Positions 27,758-37,521 of a DNA stretch of 64,000 nucleotides are shown one piece after another. A program made the position numbers and the translations under genes. Origin of the DNA: an uncultured Desulfobacterales bacterium (GTDB taxonomy: Bacteria > Desulfobacterota > Desulfobacteria > Desulfobacterales > CAJINA01); the NCBI GenBank assembly GCA_964647585.1, contig CAZYGG010000004.1:16154-80153 (forward strand), in the 5' to 3' direction. How positions within the stretch are numbered: the stretch's first letter is position 1; each line of letters opens with the position of its first letter. Under the pieces are notes generated by a model. It was not told where the DNA came from. It saw only the letters and a list, made by a program, of their open reading frames with translations, and searched no databases.

Positions 27758-28879
27758 ATGAGCGGCACCGATAAACCCAATATGCCTCCTCCGGAGCCCA
27801 TGGCCTATGATGTGGGGCTGTTGTTTCCGGTACTCTTCCTGGTGGGTATCGGTATTGTGATGGTCTACAGTGCCAGCTCAGCCCTGGCCTTGAAAAAATT
27901 TGGATCGGACTTCTATTTCCTGAAGAAGCAGGCCGTGTTTTCCCTGCTGGGCATTGTTGTACTGGTCCTGTGCCGGCATTTCCCGTACCGGCTGTTGAAA
28001 CCCCTGGCCTATCCGATCCTGTTCACCGCTTTCGCCTTGCTTTGCATCGTCCACATTCCCGGTTTGGGAGTCAACGTCGGCGGGGCCACACGCTGGATCA
28101 GGCTTTTTGGTTTTTCTTTTCAACCATCTGAATTCGCCCGCCTGGCGCTGGTCATCTACATCGCGTATTCCATGAGCCGTAAAATCGAGGATATCAACGA
28201 TTTCTACATCGGCTTTTTGCCCCATCTCATGGTGCTGGGCATCTTCACCGCGCTGATTATCATCCAGCCGGATTTCGGGGCCATCGTCATTCTGGGCGCG
28301 ATTACCTGGATCATGCTTTTTGTCGGGGGAGTACGGGTGGTGCACCTGGGCTCGGTCCTGCTCTTCCTGTTTCCGTTTGTCTATCTGTTCATGGTGAGCG
28401 CCGCCTACCGGACACGCCGGCTGTTGAGTTTCATGGACCCCTGGCAGTACTCAACCAACGAGGGTTACCAGACGGTGCACTCATTGATGGCTTTTGGCTC
28501 CGGCGGCATCTGGGGCACCGGGATCGGCAAGGGGGTTCAAAAGCTTTTTTATCTCCCCGAGCCACATACGGATTTCATTTTTTCCGTTATTGGAGAAGAG
28601 TTGGGCCTGGTCGGGGTCATGGTCATCCTGCTGCTGTACGCCATCATTTTATTCCGGGGCGTCAGCATCGCCCGCAATGCCCGGGACGAATTCGGGGCCT
28701 ATATGGCCGTGGGTATTACCACGGCCGTCGGCCTGCAGGTCTGTATCAATATGGGGGTGGCCCTGGGGCTGCTACCCACCAAGGGGCTTACTCTCCCTTT
28801 TTTAAGCTACGGCGGCAGCTCCCTGATTATCAGCATGGCTTCAATCGGAATTTTGATGAACATAGGAAAATCAAACTGA
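27758..28879 (+). CDS. ftsW: SEDS-family peptidoglycan glycosyltransferase FtsW
   Basis: Ten-TM-type profile, 'RWIRLFGFSFQPSEF', 'LPEPHTDFIFS', 'LPFLSYGGSS'. Confidence 0.9.
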   Translation: MSGTDKPNMPPPEPMAYDVGLLFPVLFLVGIGIVMVYSASSALALKKFGSDFYFLKKQAVFSLLGIVVLVLCRHFPYRLLKPLAYPILFTAFALLCIVHIPGLGVNVGGATRWIRLFGFSFQPSEFARLALVIYIAYSMSRKIEDINDFYIGFLPHLMVLGIFTALIIIQPDFGAIVILGAITWIMLFVGGVRVVHLGSVLLFLFPFVYLFMVSAAYRTRRLLSFMDPWQYSTNEGYQTVHSLMAFGSGGIWGTGIGKGVQKLFYLPEPHTDFIFSVIGEELGLVGVMVILLLYAIILFRGVSIARNARDEFGAYMAVGITTAVGLQVCINMGVALGLLPTKGLTLPFLSYGGSSLIISMASIGILMNIGKSN

Positions 28880-30033
28880 TGCCTGGCACAGATACCAGCC
28901 CAACGATCAATGCCGGCCGGGACCCCGGCAGCCCCGCAGGGCAACCCCTGCGCCTGGCCATCGCCGGCGGCGGTACCGGCGGTCACCTCTTTCCGGGCAT
29001 CGCCATTGCCAGAGAGTGGCTGGGCCGCAATCCGGAAAGCAGTGTGCTGTTTGTGGGTACCGATCGGGCATTTGAAAAAAAGATACTGGCCGAATCCGGT
29101 TTCGCGCATGCCTCCATTACCGCAGCCGGGATAAAGGGGCTGGGCCTCTTCAAGAAGATCAGGGCCCTGGGCTGCATCCCGAAAGGTATCGCCCAGGCCG
29201 CCGGAATCCTGGCCCGGTTCCGACCCCACGTCGTTCTGGGTGTGGGCGGTTACAGCTCAGGCCCGGTGGCCCTGGCTGCCTGGCTGCGCCGGATCCCGGT
29301 TGTACTGCACGAACAAAACCTGCTGCCAGGCATCACCAACCGGCTGCTGGCACGCGTTGCCCGGCGCATCTATCTCTCCTTTGAGCAGACCCGCCTGGAC
29401 CGGGGAAAAGCGCGGACCCTTTTAACCGGCAACCCCGTCCGGGCCGAATTCCTTTCCGGCAACGACCGGAAAAGCCCGGCGGGAAAACCGTTTACCGTCC
29501 TGGTATCCGGCGGCAGCCAGGGCGCCCATGGTATCAATACGGCAGTCTGCACCGCGCTGGGGTATCTGCAAAATCCGGCAGCCCTGTTTTTCATCCACCA
29601 GACCGGGCCGGCCGATGTGGATGCAGTGGAAAAAGCCTATGCCCGCCAGGGTATTCAATGCGAGGTGCGGCCTTTCTTTTTTGATATGGCCGCCCGGTAC
29701 CGCGCCGCCGATCTGGTCATCTGCCGGGCCGGGGCAACCACCGTGGCAGAGATTACCGCCATGGGTAAAGCGGTTATCTTTGTTCCGTTTCCCTTTGCGG
29801 CGGATAACCACCAGGTTTTGAATGCCAGAACGCTTGTGGACGCGGATGCCGCCCTGATGGTGGAGGAACGCGATTTAGACGGCGCGATCCTGGCAAAGTG
29901 GATGGATCACTTTTACGACAATCCCGGGCAACTGGCCCGGATGGCCGCCCTGGCAGCCACCAAAGGCAAACCAGACGCCGCCGGGGCGATTGTCGACGAC
30001 ATTTACGCATTACTGAAACTTGGGAAGGGCTGA
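28879..30033 (+). CDS. murG: undecaprenyldiphospho-MurNAc-pentapeptide GlcNAc transferase MurG
   Basis: '[15 protein letters not shown]', 'VVLGVGGY', '[10 protein letters not shown]'. Confidence 0.9.
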   Translation: MPGTDTSPTINAGRDPGSPAGQPLRLAIAGGGTGGHLFPGIAIAREWLGRNPESSVLFVGTDRAFEKKILAESGFAHASITAAGIKGLGLFKKIRALGCIPKGIAQAAGILARFRPHVVLGVGGYSSGPVALAAWLRRIPVVLHEQNLLPGITNRLLARVARRIYLSFEQTRLDRGKARTLLTGNPVRAEFLSGNDRKSPAGKPFTVLVSGGSQGAHGINTAVCTALGYLQNPAALFFIHQTGPADVDAVEKAYARQGIQCEVRPFFFDMAARYRAADLVICRAGATTVAEITAMGKAVIFVPFPFAADNHQVLNARTLVDADAALMVEERDLDGAILAKWMDHFYDNPGQLARMAALAATKGKPDAAGAIVDDIYALLKLGKG

Positions 30034-30037
30034 CCCT

Positions 30038-31408
30038 ATGTATCAGAAAAAATACCATATCCATTTCGTAGGCATCGGCGGCATCGGGATGAGCGGCATC
30101 GCCGAGCTTCTCTTAAATCTTGGCTACCGGGTTTCCGGCTCAGACATTCAGTCTTCGGATATCACCCGGCGACTGGAAAAGCTGGGTGGCACGCTTTATG
30201 CCGGTCATGCCGCCGACAACCTCAAAGATGTGGATGTGGTGGTCACCTCTTCGGCCATCGACCCTGGCAACCCGGAGGTGGCCCTGGCCCTGGAAAAAGC
30301 CATCCCCGTCATTCCCCGGGCGGAAATGCTGGCCGAACTGATGCGTCTGAAATATTCCATCGCGGTTGCCGGGGCGCATGGCAAGACTTCGACGACCTCT
30401 CTGGTGGCGGCTATCCTGGACAAGGGCCAGTTGGACCCGACGGTGGTCATCGGCGGAAAGCTGAAGAGTATCGGGGTGAACGCGGTGCTGGGCCAGGGTG
30501 ATTTTATCGTCGCCGAAGCAGATGAAAGCGACGGCAGTTTTCTCAAATTTTCTCCGGCCATCGCGGTTGTCACCAATATCGACAAGGAACATCTGGATTT
30601 CTATAAAGACCTGGAAGCCATCAAATCCGTTTTCCTTGATTTTATCCACCGCATCCCGTTTTACGGACTGGCGGTGCTGTGCCTGGACAACGAAGCGGTC
30701 CAGGACATTATCCCCGGCATCAAAAATCGGTACACCACTTACGGGCTCAGCAGCCAGGCGGACCTGCAGGCCAAAAACGTCCGGTTCGACGGTCTGTGCA
30801 GCTGTTTTGACCTGTATCACCATGGTCGGGACCTGGGTGAAATTTGCCTTAACATGCCCGGGATACACAACATCTACAATTCCATGGCCGCCATCGCGGT
30901 GGGATTGGAGTTGGAAATCCCGTTTACCACCATCAAAGCCGCCCTGGAAACCGTCCAGGGTGTCCAGCGCCGCCTGGAAATAAAAGGTGAATCCGGTGGG
31001 GTCACCGTCATTGATGACTACGGCCACCACCCGACCGAAGTGAAAACCACGCTGCTGGCCCTGAAAGAGTGCTGGCCCGACCGACGCAAGGTGGTGGTGT
31101 TCCAGCCCCATAGATATACCCGCACCCAGGCCCTGTTCGCTGAATTTACCCGGGCTTTCTATCAATCCGATGTGCTTCTCGTGATGCCCATTTACGCGGC
31201 CAGCGAGCAGCCGATTGCGGGTGTGGATGCGGCTTTGCTCTGTGCGGGCATCAAGGCCCACGGCCACAAGGATGTCCGCTGCGTCAGCGGGCCGGAAGAA
31301 GTCGTCCAACTGCTTGCAGGGGTGCTGGCACCCGATGATATCCTGTTAACCCTCGGAGCCGGCGATGTCTGGAAAATTGGAGAACAGGTACTCACTGAAA
31401 ATAACTGA
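30038..31408 (+). CDS. murC: UDP-N-acetylmuramate--L-alanine ligase MurC
   Basis: '[16 protein letters not shown]', '[10 protein letters not shown]', 'DDYGHHPTE'. ATG 30038 is preferred over the listed 30020. Confidence 0.9.
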   Translation: MYQKKYHIHFVGIGGIGMSGIAELLLNLGYRVSGSDIQSSDITRRLEKLGGTLYAGHAADNLKDVDVVVTSSAIDPGNPEVALALEKAIPVIPRAEMLAELMRLKYSIAVAGAHGKTSTTSLVAAILDKGQLDPTVVIGGKLKSIGVNAVLGQGDFIVAEADESDGSFLKFSPAIAVVTNIDKEHLDFYKDLEAIKSVFLDFIHRIPFYGLAVLCLDNEAVQDIIPGIKNRYTTYGLSSQADLQAKNVRFDGLCSCFDLYHHGRDLGEICLNMPGIHNIYNSMAAIAVGLELEIPFTTIKAALETVQGVQRRLEIKGESGGVTVIDDYGHHPTEVKTTLLALKECWPDRRKVVVFQPHRYTRTQALFAEFTRAFYQSDVLLVMPIYAASEQPIAGVDAALLCAGIKAHGHKDVRCVSGPEEVVQLLAGVLAPDDILLTLGAGDVWKIGEQVLTENN

Positions 31409-31427
31409 CAGGCCCATATAGGAAAAG

Positions 31428-32285
31428 ATGGTAAAGAAAAAGAAATCACTGCGCAAAAACAAATCCAAAGCCCGGCAGGCCGAAAAGCGCGCCCGCGTTC
31501 AGCGCCGGCTGGCCCTGGGTTTCAAAACCTTCGGCGGCATCCTGGCGCTTCCGCTCCTGGCCCTGTTGTTTATCTTTGCCCACGACCTGATCACCCAGTG
31601 GGATCACTTTAACGCGCAGACGATTCAGATTACGGGAAACCGTCACCTGACGGATAATCAGGTTCTTGAACTGGCCGGCATAGACCGAGGGCAGAACATT
31701 CTGTCTGTGAATCTGGGGTTGGCCCGCAGAAGGCTTATCAGCCATGGGTGGATCGCCGACGCCGCGGTTCACCGCAAATTACCCGCGGGCCTTGGCATTA
31801 AAATTCGCGAACATACCCCGGCGGCCGTCCTCGATATGGGTCCCGGTTTTCTCATGGACGCCCGGGGTACGGTTTTCAAAAAGCTGGGCCAGGGTGAATC
31901 AGCCGGGCTGCCGATGGTCAGCGGACTGGCCTACGCGGACCTGGCCGTCGGGAAACCGCCCGTGACACCGTTGATGCATGCGGTGGTAAGCCTGCTTGAA
32001 ATGAGCCGCGGCGCGGCTGCGGCGATACCGGGGAAACGGCTTAAAAAGATACAGGCCGATCGGGAAACGGGTCTGACCCTGACGCTAACCGGCCGCCCGG
32101 CAACCATAAAGATCGGGTATCACCGCTATCCCGAAAAACTCCACATGCTGAACCTCATCAGTAAATTTGCAGCCAAAATGCAGAACCTGGCCACCATTGA
32201 GTCAATTGACCTGAACAACACCAACCGGATTGTCCTCGGTCCGGTTACGCCGGATACGGCCTTAGTGAATAACAAGGAGGTTTAA
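31428..32285 (+). CDS. ftsQ: cell division protein FtsQ (POTRA domain)
   Basis: Basic N-terminus, single TM, POTRA-like 'IQITGNRHLTDNQVLELAGI'. Position is between murC and ftsA. Confidence 0.75.
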   Translation: MVKKKKSLRKNKSKARQAEKRARVQRRLALGFKTFGGILALPLLALLFIFAHDLITQWDHFNAQTIQITGNRHLTDNQVLELAGIDRGQNILSVNLGLARRRLISHGWIADAAVHRKLPAGLGIKIREHTPAAVLDMGPGFLMDARGTVFKKLGQGESAGLPMVSGLAYADLAVGKPPVTPLMHAVVSLLEMSRGAAAAIPGKRLKKIQADRETGLTLTLTGRPATIKIGYHRYPEKLHMLNLISKFAAKMQNLATIESIDLNNTNRIVLGPVTPDTALVNNKEV

Positions 32286-32286
32286 G

Positions 32287-33516
32287 ATGCAGCCACAGGA
32301 AGAAATTATCGTCGGTCTGGATGTCGGCACTACCAAAATCTGCGCGGTAGTCGGCGAACTGTCCGGCAGCGACATCAACGTTATCGGCATTGGGACCCAC
32401 CCCTCCATAGGCCTGCGCAAAGGCGTCGTCGTTAATATCGAATCCACGGTAGAGTCCATCCAGAAGGCCGTGGAAGAAGCCGAACTGATGGCGGGCTGTG
32501 AAATATCCTCGGTTTATGCCGGTATCGCCGGCGGGCACATCACGGGATTCAACAGCCGGGGCATCGTGGCGATAAAGGGCCCGGAGATCACGGAAAATGA
32601 TGTGGAAAGGGTTATTGACGCGGCCCGGGCGGTGGCGATCCCCATGGATCGTGAGGTCATCCATGTCCTGCCCCAGGAGTTCATCGTGGACGACCAGTCC
32701 GGGATCCAGAACCCGGTGGGTATGGCCGGTGTCAGGCTCGAAGCAAAAATCCACATCGTTACCGGGGCCGTCACGTCTGCCCACAATATTGTCAAATGCT
32801 GCAACCGCAGCGGGCTGGATGTGTGCGACATCGTGCTGGAGTCCCTGGCCTCCGGGGAAGCGGTTCTGACCGCCGAAGAGCGGGAACTGGGCACTGCCCT
32901 GGTGGATCTGGGGGGCGGTACCAGCGACCTGGCGGTCTTTTCCGGCAACAATATCAAACACACGTTCGTACTCGCCCTGGGCGGCAACACCATTACCAAC
33001 GATATCGCGGTGGGCCTGCGGGCCCCCATTGGCGAAGCGGAAAAGATAAAGAAAAAGTTCGGAACCTGTATCGCCGGAAAAATCAGCGGAGATGAAACCA
33101 TCGAGGTCCCGGGTATGGGCGGCCGGGAATCCCGGCAGCTGCCCCGCCAGATACTGGGCGAAATCCTGGAGCCGCGCATGGAAGAAATCTTCACACTGAT
33201 CAAACGTGAAATCTACCGGGAGGGCATGGAAAACTCCCTGACCTCGGGCGTTGTCCTGACCGGGGGCTCGGCCCTGCTCCACGACGCGACGGAGGTGGCC
33301 GAATCGATTTTCAACCTGCCCACCCGGCTGGGTACGCCCCGGGGCATCAACGGCCTGGTCGATGTCGTCAACAACCCCATGTACGCAACCGGGGTGGGTC
33401 TGGTTCTATACGGCGCCAAAAACCAGTCTACGTCGAAAAAATTCCGGATTCGGGACGCCAATATATTCAACCGGTTGATCGGCAGAATGAAACGGTGGTT
33501 CAAAGATGTGATTTAA
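32287..33516 (+). CDS. ftsA: cell division protein FtsA
   Basis: Actin-fold 'VGLDVGTTKICAVVG', 'LVDLGGGTSDLAVF', 'VVLTGGSALL'. Confidence 0.95.
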   Translation: MQPQEEIIVGLDVGTTKICAVVGELSGSDINVIGIGTHPSIGLRKGVVVNIESTVESIQKAVEEAELMAGCEISSVYAGIAGGHITGFNSRGIVAIKGPEITENDVERVIDAARAVAIPMDREVIHVLPQEFIVDDQSGIQNPVGMAGVRLEAKIHIVTGAVTSAHNIVKCCNRSGLDVCDIVLESLASGEAVLTAEERELGTALVDLGGGTSDLAVFSGNNIKHTFVLALGGNTITNDIAVGLRAPIGEAEKIKKKFGTCIAGKISGDETIEVPGMGGRESRQLPRQILGEILEPRMEEIFTLIKREIYREGMENSLTSGVVLTGGSALLHDATEVAESIFNLPTRLGTPRGINGLVDVVNNPMYATGVGLVLYGAKNQSTSKKFRIRDANIFNRLIGRMKRWFKDVI

Positions 33517-33713
33517 TGACGCTGAAATCGACAGATACGACCTCAGCGGTTTTAAGTGTTACGTTTTAAGTTTTAAGCCAATAACCAAAGAACATAATTA
33601 TGACAATCGGTATGTTTCGTTTCGTAGTGTAGTCTGATTTGCATATTTTTACACGGACCACGGTCCGACAACAGCCGCCGCATGCGGCGGCCTAATGTAC
33701 AGGAGGTGGGGGT

Positions 33714-34901
33714 ATGGACGAAGTCTTTAAGTATGTCGAGAAAGAGAAGTCTGCAAAGATCAAGGTAATCGGTGTTGGCGGCGCCGGCGGAAACGCCGTC
33801 AACAACATGATCGATTCCAAACTTCAGGGTGTGCGTTTTATCGCGGCGAACACGGATGCCCAGGCCCTGGATGTTTCGAAAGCCCAGGACAGAATCCAGA
33901 TCGGCGAACTGCTCACCGAGGGGCTGGGGGCCGGCGCCAATCCGCAGGTGGGCCGGGATGCCGCTGTTGAAAACCTCGATGAAATCCGCGCAGCCCTGGA
34001 CGGCAGCCACATGGTTTTCATCACAGCCGGATTCGGGGGCGGCACCGGGACAGGCGCGGCGCCGGTCATTGCACAGGCCTGCAAGGACCTGGGCGCACTT
34101 ACCGTGGCGGTGGTTTCAAAACCGTTTTCCTTTGAAGGCCGCAAGCGCGCCCGACAGGCCGAAGAGGGTATCAGCGCGCTCAAAGAGGTTGCCGACACAG
34201 TGATCACTATCCCGAATGACCGCCTGCGGGGCCTGGCCTCCAAAAACGCCCGCATGGTGGACATGTTCAAGAAAGCCGATGAGATCCTCCTGCACTCCGT
34301 CAAGGGAATCACCGATCTCATTATGATCCCGGGTCTCGTCAACCTGGACTTCGCGGATGTAAAGACCACCATGCAAAAGGCGGGACTGGCCATCATGGGC
34401 ATCGGTATCGCCAGCGGCGAGAACCGGGCCGTGGAAGCCGCAGAAAGGGCCATTTCCCATCCGCTGCTGGAAGATATCTCCATTGCCGGCGCCAAGGGAG
34501 TTCTCATGAACATCACCTCCTCCAGTGATCTTACCCTCGAAGAGATGACGGAAGCGTCGGACAAAATCTATGAGGAAGTCGGAGACGATGCTGAAATCAT
34601 CTGGGGCCAGGCCATAGATGAGTCTCTGGGTGACGAAATGCGGGTAACTGTCATTGCCACCGGCATCGGCGGCCCGGAAAAGCGGACCGCACGTGGCTTT
34701 AAGGACATCACCCGGGGAAAGGTGCGCGATTTCACACCGGCCGACATGGAGAACGCAGTGGACCTGGATGAACCGACCTATATCCGCCAGCAGGAGGCTG
34801 TGGGTGAATCATCGGGTGCCACCTACCGCGGATACAAAGGCATTGTCATCGACAACGATGACCTGGATGTTCCGACGTTCTTGAGAAAGAAGGCCGATTA
34901 G
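33714..34901 (+). CDS. ftsZ: cell division GTPase FtsZ
   Basis: 'GVGGAGGNAVN', tubulin signature 'GGGTGTGAAPV', 'NLDFADV', C-terminal 'DDLDVPTFLRK'. Confidence 0.97.
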   Translation: MDEVFKYVEKEKSAKIKVIGVGGAGGNAVNNMIDSKLQGVRFIAANTDAQALDVSKAQDRIQIGELLTEGLGAGANPQVGRDAAVENLDEIRAALDGSHMVFITAGFGGGTGTGAAPVIAQACKDLGALTVAVVSKPFSFEGRKRARQAEEGISALKEVADTVITIPNDRLRGLASKNARMVDMFKKADEILLHSVKGITDLIMIPGLVNLDFADVKTTMQKAGLAIMGIGIASGENRAVEAAERAISHPLLEDISIAGAKGVLMNITSSSDLTLEEMTEASDKIYEEVGDDAEIIWGQAIDESLGDEMRVTVIATGIGGPEKRTARGFKDITRGKVRDFTPADMENAVDLDEPTYIRQQEAVGESSGATYRGYKGIVIDNDDLDVPTFLRKKAD

Positions 34902-34958
34902 TGTTCGCCCAGAGCGGCGTTTTCGCATCATCAAACATGAACGGACAACCCCGGCAAC

Positions 34959-36671
34959 ATGGCCCGAAAAACCGTAAAAAAAGCGTGGCAACCACTGCGT
35001 GGCGAATCAGGCGTGGTGCAAAAGCAGCATGCCGGCCGTCTCACGGTTGCCCTGGTATATCCCAACACTTACCCGGTGGGGATGTCCAATCTTGGTTTTC
35101 TGACGGTTTACCGCCTGCTCAACGGGTTCGATCACGTTGTCTGTGAGCGGGCATTTCTCCCTGCCGGTAAAGATGGCCCGGCCCGTGGAATTCACACGGT
35201 CGAATCCGGCAAACCGATCAGTGATTTCGATATCGTGGCCTTCAGCCTGTCGTTTGAAAACGATTATCCGGCAATTCTGACAGTACTTGAAAAAGCAGGC
35301 CTCCCCCTGGAATCCGGCGACAGAGGAACCCCCCACCCCCTTGTCGTGGCCGGGGGGGTCGCCTGCTTTCTCAATCCGGAACCGATTGCGGCTTTTATCG
35401 ACTGTTTCCTGCTCGGTGAAGCCGAAATTAGCCTGCCCCTTTTTCTGGACACTTATGCCCCTCAAACCGACCGACAGGCAACCCTGGCACGCATCGCCCG
35501 CCAGGTCCCGGGTGCCTATGTCCCCGCATTCTATTCACCGTCCTACCATAAAGACGGCACGTTAAAAGGACTGGAGGTTCTCCCGGAAGTCCCCCGAACC
35601 GTCAAGCCACCGCGGTTGAACAACCTTGCCGATGAACCGGCTTTCAGCAGCATCATCACCCCGGACACCACGTTCAAGAACACCTATCTACTGGAAGTTG
35701 CCCGCGGATGCCCCCACGGGTGCCGCTTCTGCAGCGCCGGATTTGTTTACCGCCCCCCGCGTTTCCAATCCCTGGGGGCCCTTAAAGCGTGCCTTGAGCA
35801 GGCCGCCGAACGCACCTCTAAAGTCGGCCTGGTGGGCACGGCTGTCTCAGATCTGCCCTGCCTGGCCGACCTGTGCCACTTTGCCACGAACAAGGGGCTG
35901 CAGGTTTCGTTCAGCAGCCTCCGGGCCGACGCCCTCGACGACAACCTGGTGAAAACCCTGCACGCCAATAAAGTAAAAACGGCCACCATTGCCCCGGATG
36001 CAGGCTCGGAACGTATGCGCTGCATTATAAATAAAGGTATCAGTGAAGCCCAGATCCTGAAGGCCGCTGAAAAACTCGTCGCCGGGGGCATTCCCAATCT
36101 CAAACTCTATTTCATGGTGGGCCTTCCCTGGGAAACCGAAGCCGATGTCCGCGCCATCGTAGAACTCACCGGAAAAATAAAGCAGCAGTTTCTGAAAACC
36201 AGCCGCAAATTGAAAAAAATCGGTTCGATAACCGTCAGCCTCAACGCCTTTGTCCCCAAACCTTTTACCCCCTTTCAATGGTGTCCCATGGATGACCGAA
36301 AAAGCCTCCAGTCAAAAATAAAGACCATTCGAAAGGCCCTGCAAAAGATCCCCAACGTCCGGGTCCAGGCCGAAAACCTGCGCTGGTCTTATATCCAGGC
36401 GCTGCTGGCCCGCGGAGACCGGCGGGTTTCCGGGTTGCTGAAACAGGCCCATGCCGGCGGCGGCAACTGGTCGCGCACCTTCAAGGAAACCGTGGTTGGT
36501 CCCGATTTTTATGTCACCCGGGAAAGGTCGACCGATGAACGTCTGCCCTGGGAGTTTATCGACCACGGACTGAAAAAGGCTTTTCTGGTGAGAGAATACC
36601 AAAGGGCCCGTGCCGGGAAAACATCCGCGGCCTGTCCACTGGATAACTGCCATCTTTGCGGAATCTGCTAG
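34959..36671 (+). CDS. radical SAM protein with B12-binding-like N-terminal domain (uncharacterised family)
   Basis: 'LEVARGCPHGCRFCSAG' (CxxxCxxC). The N-terminal 'VALVYPNTYPVGMSNLGF' resembles the family often annotated TIGR03960; that family call was not verified. Confidence 0.75.
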   Translation: MARKTVKKAWQPLRGESGVVQKQHAGRLTVALVYPNTYPVGMSNLGFLTVYRLLNGFDHVVCERAFLPAGKDGPARGIHTVESGKPISDFDIVAFSLSFENDYPAILTVLEKAGLPLESGDRGTPHPLVVAGGVACFLNPEPIAAFIDCFLLGEAEISLPLFLDTYAPQTDRQATLARIARQVPGAYVPAFYSPSYHKDGTLKGLEVLPEVPRTVKPPRLNNLADEPAFSSIITPDTTFKNTYLLEVARGCPHGCRFCSAGFVYRPPRFQSLGALKACLEQAAERTSKVGLVGTAVSDLPCLADLCHFATNKGLQVSFSSLRADALDDNLVKTLHANKVKTATIAPDAGSERMRCIINKGISEAQILKAAEKLVAGGIPNLKLYFMVGLPWETEADVRAIVELTGKIKQQFLKTSRKLKKIGSITVSLNAFVPKPFTPFQWCPMDDRKSLQSKIKTIRKALQKIPNVRVQAENLRWSYIQALLARGDRRVSGLLKQAHAGGGNWSRTFKETVVGPDFYVTRERSTDERLPWEFIDHGLKKAFLVREYQRARAGKTSAACPLDNCHLCGIC

Positions 36672-36680
36672 GTTGTATAG

Positions 36681-36725
36681 AATCCTGGCCAAGCGGGCCA
36701 GGCTTTGGATGGCCCCTTGCGGGGG
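36681..36725. repeat. REP-like GC-rich palindromic element, copy B
   Basis: 'AATCCTGGCCAAGCGGGCCAGGCTTTGGATGGCCCCTTGCGGGGG'. It begins 10 nt after the radical SAM stop and has the same CCTGGCC/GGCCAGG stem as copy A. Confidence 0.6.
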
Positions 36726-36744
36726 CTTCTAACCAATTATCTCT

Positions 36745-36777
36745 GACCTGGCCCTGAGGACCAAGCTTTTAGGGCTG
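36745..36777. repeat. degenerate copy (B') of the REP-like element
   Basis: 'GACCTGGCCCTGAGGACCAAGCTTTTAGGGCTG' is colinear with copies A and B, with substitutions. Confidence 0.4.
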
Positions 36778-37008
36778 AATAAAAGGTCCGCTTACCCAAC
36801 GCGTTCCAGCAGATGCCCAGTCGCCGGACGCAGCTTTCCCAAAAACCTATTAAACTTAATAAGTTCGGTTATTTTTTAGTATTTTCTCCCCGCCTGTCAA
36901 CCTGCAAAAAGGACTTGAAACCATCTGCTCATTATGTTAGTCGTGCTGTTGATTTATCAAAAATCCTTCTTTCCAAACGCCAAAAGAATTGAAAGGATCG
37001 GACCGTAA

Positions 37009-37452
37009 ATGACTTCGAAAAGCGAGTTTCAACTGGCCCTCCGACTGGCGCTCATTCTACTGGTCGCAGGGTTGTTCTGTTTTGCTGCATTTCCCGTCAC
37101 TCCCCCGGAAAGACCTGTAAGATTGGCCTATCAAACCAAAGCCGGCAAGGTCATTTTTGACCACAAAACACATTTGAGTGAGACCGGTTACGGGTTGAAT
37201 TGCGGGGACTGCCACCATCACACCGGCGAAGGTGAGGCCGAGACTGAAGAGCACGGGAACTGCGGCGTCTGTCACGCCGGGCCCGAGGAGGCTGAAGTGG
37301 TCAGTCAGACCTGTAATGAATGTCACGATCCTGAAGACTACGATCTTGAGGATGTGGCCGCCCGGGCAGACGCCTTTCACTCCCAGTGTATCACGTGCCA
37401 CAAAGATTTTGAGGCCGGACCGGTTGAATGTGCCGCCTGCCATGTCATGTAG
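37009..37452 (+). CDS. membrane-anchored multihaem c-type cytochrome (five CxxCH)
   Basis: N-terminal TM 'LALILLVAGLFCFAAF'. Haem motifs CGDCH, CGVCH, CNECH, CITCH, CAACH. First gene of the rnf operon. Confidence 0.85.
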   Translation: MTSKSEFQLALRLALILLVAGLFCFAAFPVTPPERPVRLAYQTKAGKVIFDHKTHLSETGYGLNCGDCHHHTGEGEAETEEHGNCGVCHAGPEEAEVVSQTCNECHDPEDYDLEDVAARADAFHSQCITCHKDFEAGPVECAACHVM

Positions 37453-37521
37453 CCAGGTGGTGAACTTTTCAAACAGCTGCGCCTTTCACCCACAAGCGGC
37501 AAACTTTTAAAAGGCTAAACT

